Source: Setoptus koraiensis
Lineage: Eukaryota > Animalia > Arthropoda
NCBI GenBank assembly: GCA_048013815.1
Contig: CM106585.1
Span: forward strand, 9,548,001 to 9,612,000
Direction of reading: 5' to 3'
DNA: 64,000 bases
The stretch's first letter is position 1, and the number at the start of each line of letters is the position of its first letter. Of this stretch, positions 61,201 through 64,000 are shown one piece after another. Under the pieces are notes generated by a model. That model was not told the DNA's origin, did not search any database, and was given only the letters and a program-made list of their open reading frames with translations. The translations under genes were made by a program, and so were the position numbers.

Positions 61201-64000
61201 AGTTCGCATAGTCTCTCGCTCGTCGCCATGTGCGCCGCAATGGCCCATCCAGCAAGATATAAATGAATTTATTCACACGTGAATACGTGGATACACACAC
61301 GAAATCATAACATTTTATCATTATTACACTATCGGCTGGCCAAACGCTGGCCGAAGTATCGCGACAACATGCCCCCAATGTCGCCCCAGTGTCGCCTGAC
61401 ATCCCCCATCGCGATACATCGAGCAGCTGACTGGGTTTTGAGCAGTGTGTCGGGCAAGCTGTTGCTGTTCGCGGACAAGTTGTTGCTGTTGTTTGCGGGC
61501 GAGCGACAACAACAACAACGACAACAACAGCAGCAACAACAACAACGACAACAACAACAGCGGCCGCATGGCGCGCGGTCTCGGCGCCTGGCGAGACAAT
61601 CGACGCACTGCTGATGTTGGTCTCAGGTACAGTCTGGCCAATTGTTGGCTCATGCGCATGATTTCGGCCTAGACAGATCGAACGGAGCGACTGGTCGCAA
61701 CCGTCGGGCCGCTCGAAGTTCGGACAGCGTCCAAGTTCGGACCGAGTGGAAGCTCGGACAGAGTGGAAGAGGGCGAAGAAGCGCAGAAGCGAATAAAAGG
61801 CTGAAATTGAACAGCAGCGAGCAAATGGGCAAATTGAACAACAAAGCAAATCTGACAAACTCAGCGTCACCGCTGACTGATGGCCGCTCTGCGAGCCCTG
61901 AGAGCTGTCCGAGGATTGAGCAGCAACTCACGGCACGATTCGCAGGCTTCGAACAGGCACAAAGAATCGACTGCAAGCGACAGTGTTCGGCCGGTGCGCT
62001 CAGGCCCACACAAAACACGCTGGCCGACAACAGCTCGAATATCTGGCCAATGTCTGGCCAGCCCCAGCGAATACCCGAAGGTTTTCAGCGTGAGCCGGAC
62101 AACACCAGCAGCAACAACAACAGCAACAACAGCGACAGCAGCAACAGCGACAGCAGCAACAGCAACAACAGGTTCATGTGCAAGCTGGCCGCCGAGAGCC
62201 CGTCGAGAGCGCTGCCAAAGGTGAGCTTGGCATTGGAAACAATGGCCGGCCGACTGTGCGCTGGCGCGCCGACCGTTACGCAACCGAGCTTCTTTGTTTC
62301 GTCGCTTCTTCGCTCATTCGGCTTCGCTCGCTTCTCTGGCTCGTCGCTCGCTTCTCTGGCTCGTCGCTGGCTTCTCCGGCTCGTCGCTGGCTCGGCCGCC
62401 GTCGTCGGCCGTTGCAACAACAGTGCCGACGCCGTTGATGCTGCTGATGATGCCGGTCGGTTGTCGCTCGGTTGTTGCTCTGCGGTTGTTGTTGTGCAGC
62501 CATAATAGAGAGATGATTGATCATTCGCCCCTGTTCTCTGTGTCCACTGGCCACGCTGGCCAATGCGCCGTGTTCGCGTCCTGTCGCTGTCATGTCCGAA
62601 GCCGCGCGCAACAGCAACACCGACACCAACAACCGACATTTGGCCGACCGACAACAACGGCAACAGCGATATCGACAACAACAACAACAACAACAACAAC
62701 ACTGGACGGCGATATCGACGAGCATGAGCAACAAATTGGCGCAACGAGCGTCGGCAACTTGTCGGCCGGCTCGGCCACTTGTATCGCTAACAATCATCAC
62801 GTGCGTCCTGCGCCGGCCGGCCCGACCGACTGGCGGCGCACTAGTGGTCGCTTCGAGCGGCCAAACGGGCCGAGGTTTGCCGGCAGTCGCCTGACCGGCA
62901 TCTTGGACAGCGTCACCGAAGCGGCCATTGTCGGCGCTGGCAGCGTCGTGGTCAATTTGTTGCCATGATACTGACGCGGCCCGACGCGGCCTGTGTGACT
63001 CAAACGGGCAGCGATTCTCTGAGAACCGTCGGCCGACTGCGGCCGTCGCACAACAACGGCAACAACAGCGACAACAACAAGTTGAGCGTCCGACGCACCG
63101 AAGCCCAAGATATCGGGCCAACGAGAGCGCGACGAGCGACACCGCGCCACCGATGCGTCCGCTGCGCCGGCCGCAGACGGACACAATTGGAACGTTCGAG
63201 GAGCCGCGCTCGAATTGTGTCCGGACTGTGGCACCAGTTCGTGTCTCGGGCCGACAATGGCGCTGCGACCGCAACGGCCTGCTGCAACGCGATCCGCGCC
63301 GACAGCCGCGCTCAAGAAGCCGCAGCGGCTGACAGCGGCGCTCGAGGAGCCGCGCCGCGCCGACGAAGCCGAGAAGCGAAGAAGCCGCGAGAAGCGAAGC
63401 GGCCGCGATAGGCGAGCGGCGAGAAGTGGCTCCTTGTTGCTGCTTGTCGGCGGTGGCCGCAGCGTCTCAGTTCATGGTCATGATTATGATGATGCTATTA
63501 ATTTTTTGCGCCGTCTTACTCGGCGCTGGCCTGCCCGTTCTGCTTGGCTCGGTCGGGCCGGCCCGCGTTGCCACAACCGCTCGCTGCACGCTCGCCGACG
63601 CACAACAATTGCGCCCGGTGGCCGCTGTCGTCCGCGGCGCTCGGTTGCGTGGGGGGGGGGGCAACGGCAGGCCGGCAAGGGACCTTGCTGCGTCCTATGC
63701 GGGCCCTCGCGGGCCGGCGCAACTCTTTCGGGAGCCGTCGGCCGGCGCACGCAAGCACGCAGCCAGACGGAACAGGGCACTGCGGCGGCCCGGCGAGAGC
63801 GGAGGCTAATCCGCAAATCGTTCACTCACACCGGATTGGCGCTTGGCTTTTTTATGCCGGCTCATATCGGCTCACTGGCCGGACTAGGCGATTCTGTGCG
63901 CAAGACACTTGTCCGAAGTGGCAACTTGTTGGCTCGCAATCACACTCGCGGCCTGTCGGTATTGTTGTCCGCTTGCAAATCGGCCACTGGCGTCCATTAG

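Noticed and set aside
7382-62802. CACGTG E-boxes (CLK/CYC type) as support for clock regulation
   Set aside because: The number seen does not exceed chance expectation for a 6-mer.
13000-64000. Hundreds of 60-330 aa ORFs in the track (e.g. 13908-14540, 50385-51197, 58752-59678, 61642-62505, 62276-63274)
   Set aside because: They are R/A/G/P-rich or repeat-derived, overlap in several frames on both strands, show no recognisable motif, and are expected in GC-rich low-complexity introns.
55042-64000. Search for Lim1 LIM domains and homeodomain helices 1-2 (KRRGPRTTIKAKQL...RVIQ)
   Set aside because: Not found by eye or in the ORF track; they are presumably beyond the window, making the intron longer than 8.9 kb.

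Overview
Eukaryotic (arthropod) genomic DNA; the protein sequences and composition suggest a mite, which is my inference and cannot be confirmed here. No prokaryotic features, CRISPR array, tRNA/rRNA or recognisable transposase/RT ORF were found. An AT-rich, compact region (1-6.7 kb) holds an intronless CRAL-TRIO/Sec14 gene (1310-2029, +) and a 4-exon myotubularin MTMR3/4 gene (2952-4939, +) with an intact HCSDGWDRT motif but no visible PH-GRAM or FYVE exons. The rest is two convergent, long-intron regulatory genes. One is couch potato (cpo/RBPMS, +; exons 8818-8916, 12192-12269, 33522-33575, 38172-38427, 38922-39079 and probably 44781-44816; about 226 aa). The other is the 3' part of the LIM-homeobox gene Lim1/Lhx1-5 (-; exons 55041-54750 and 48148-47352; upstream exons lie beyond 64 kb). 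Their introns are GC-rich and full of micro- and minisatellites, which explains most ORFs in the track as spurious. Two signals stand out. First, three consecutive cpo acceptors lack an adjacent polypyrimidine tract and instead follow 260-, 182- and 457-nt AG-free zones, with branch point and pyrimidine tract displaced far upstream (distant-branch-point architecture). Second, at least 13 perfect PAR-bZIP/Vrille-type RTTAYGTAAY sites lie in the cpo and Lim1 introns. All counts and coordinates were read by eye.
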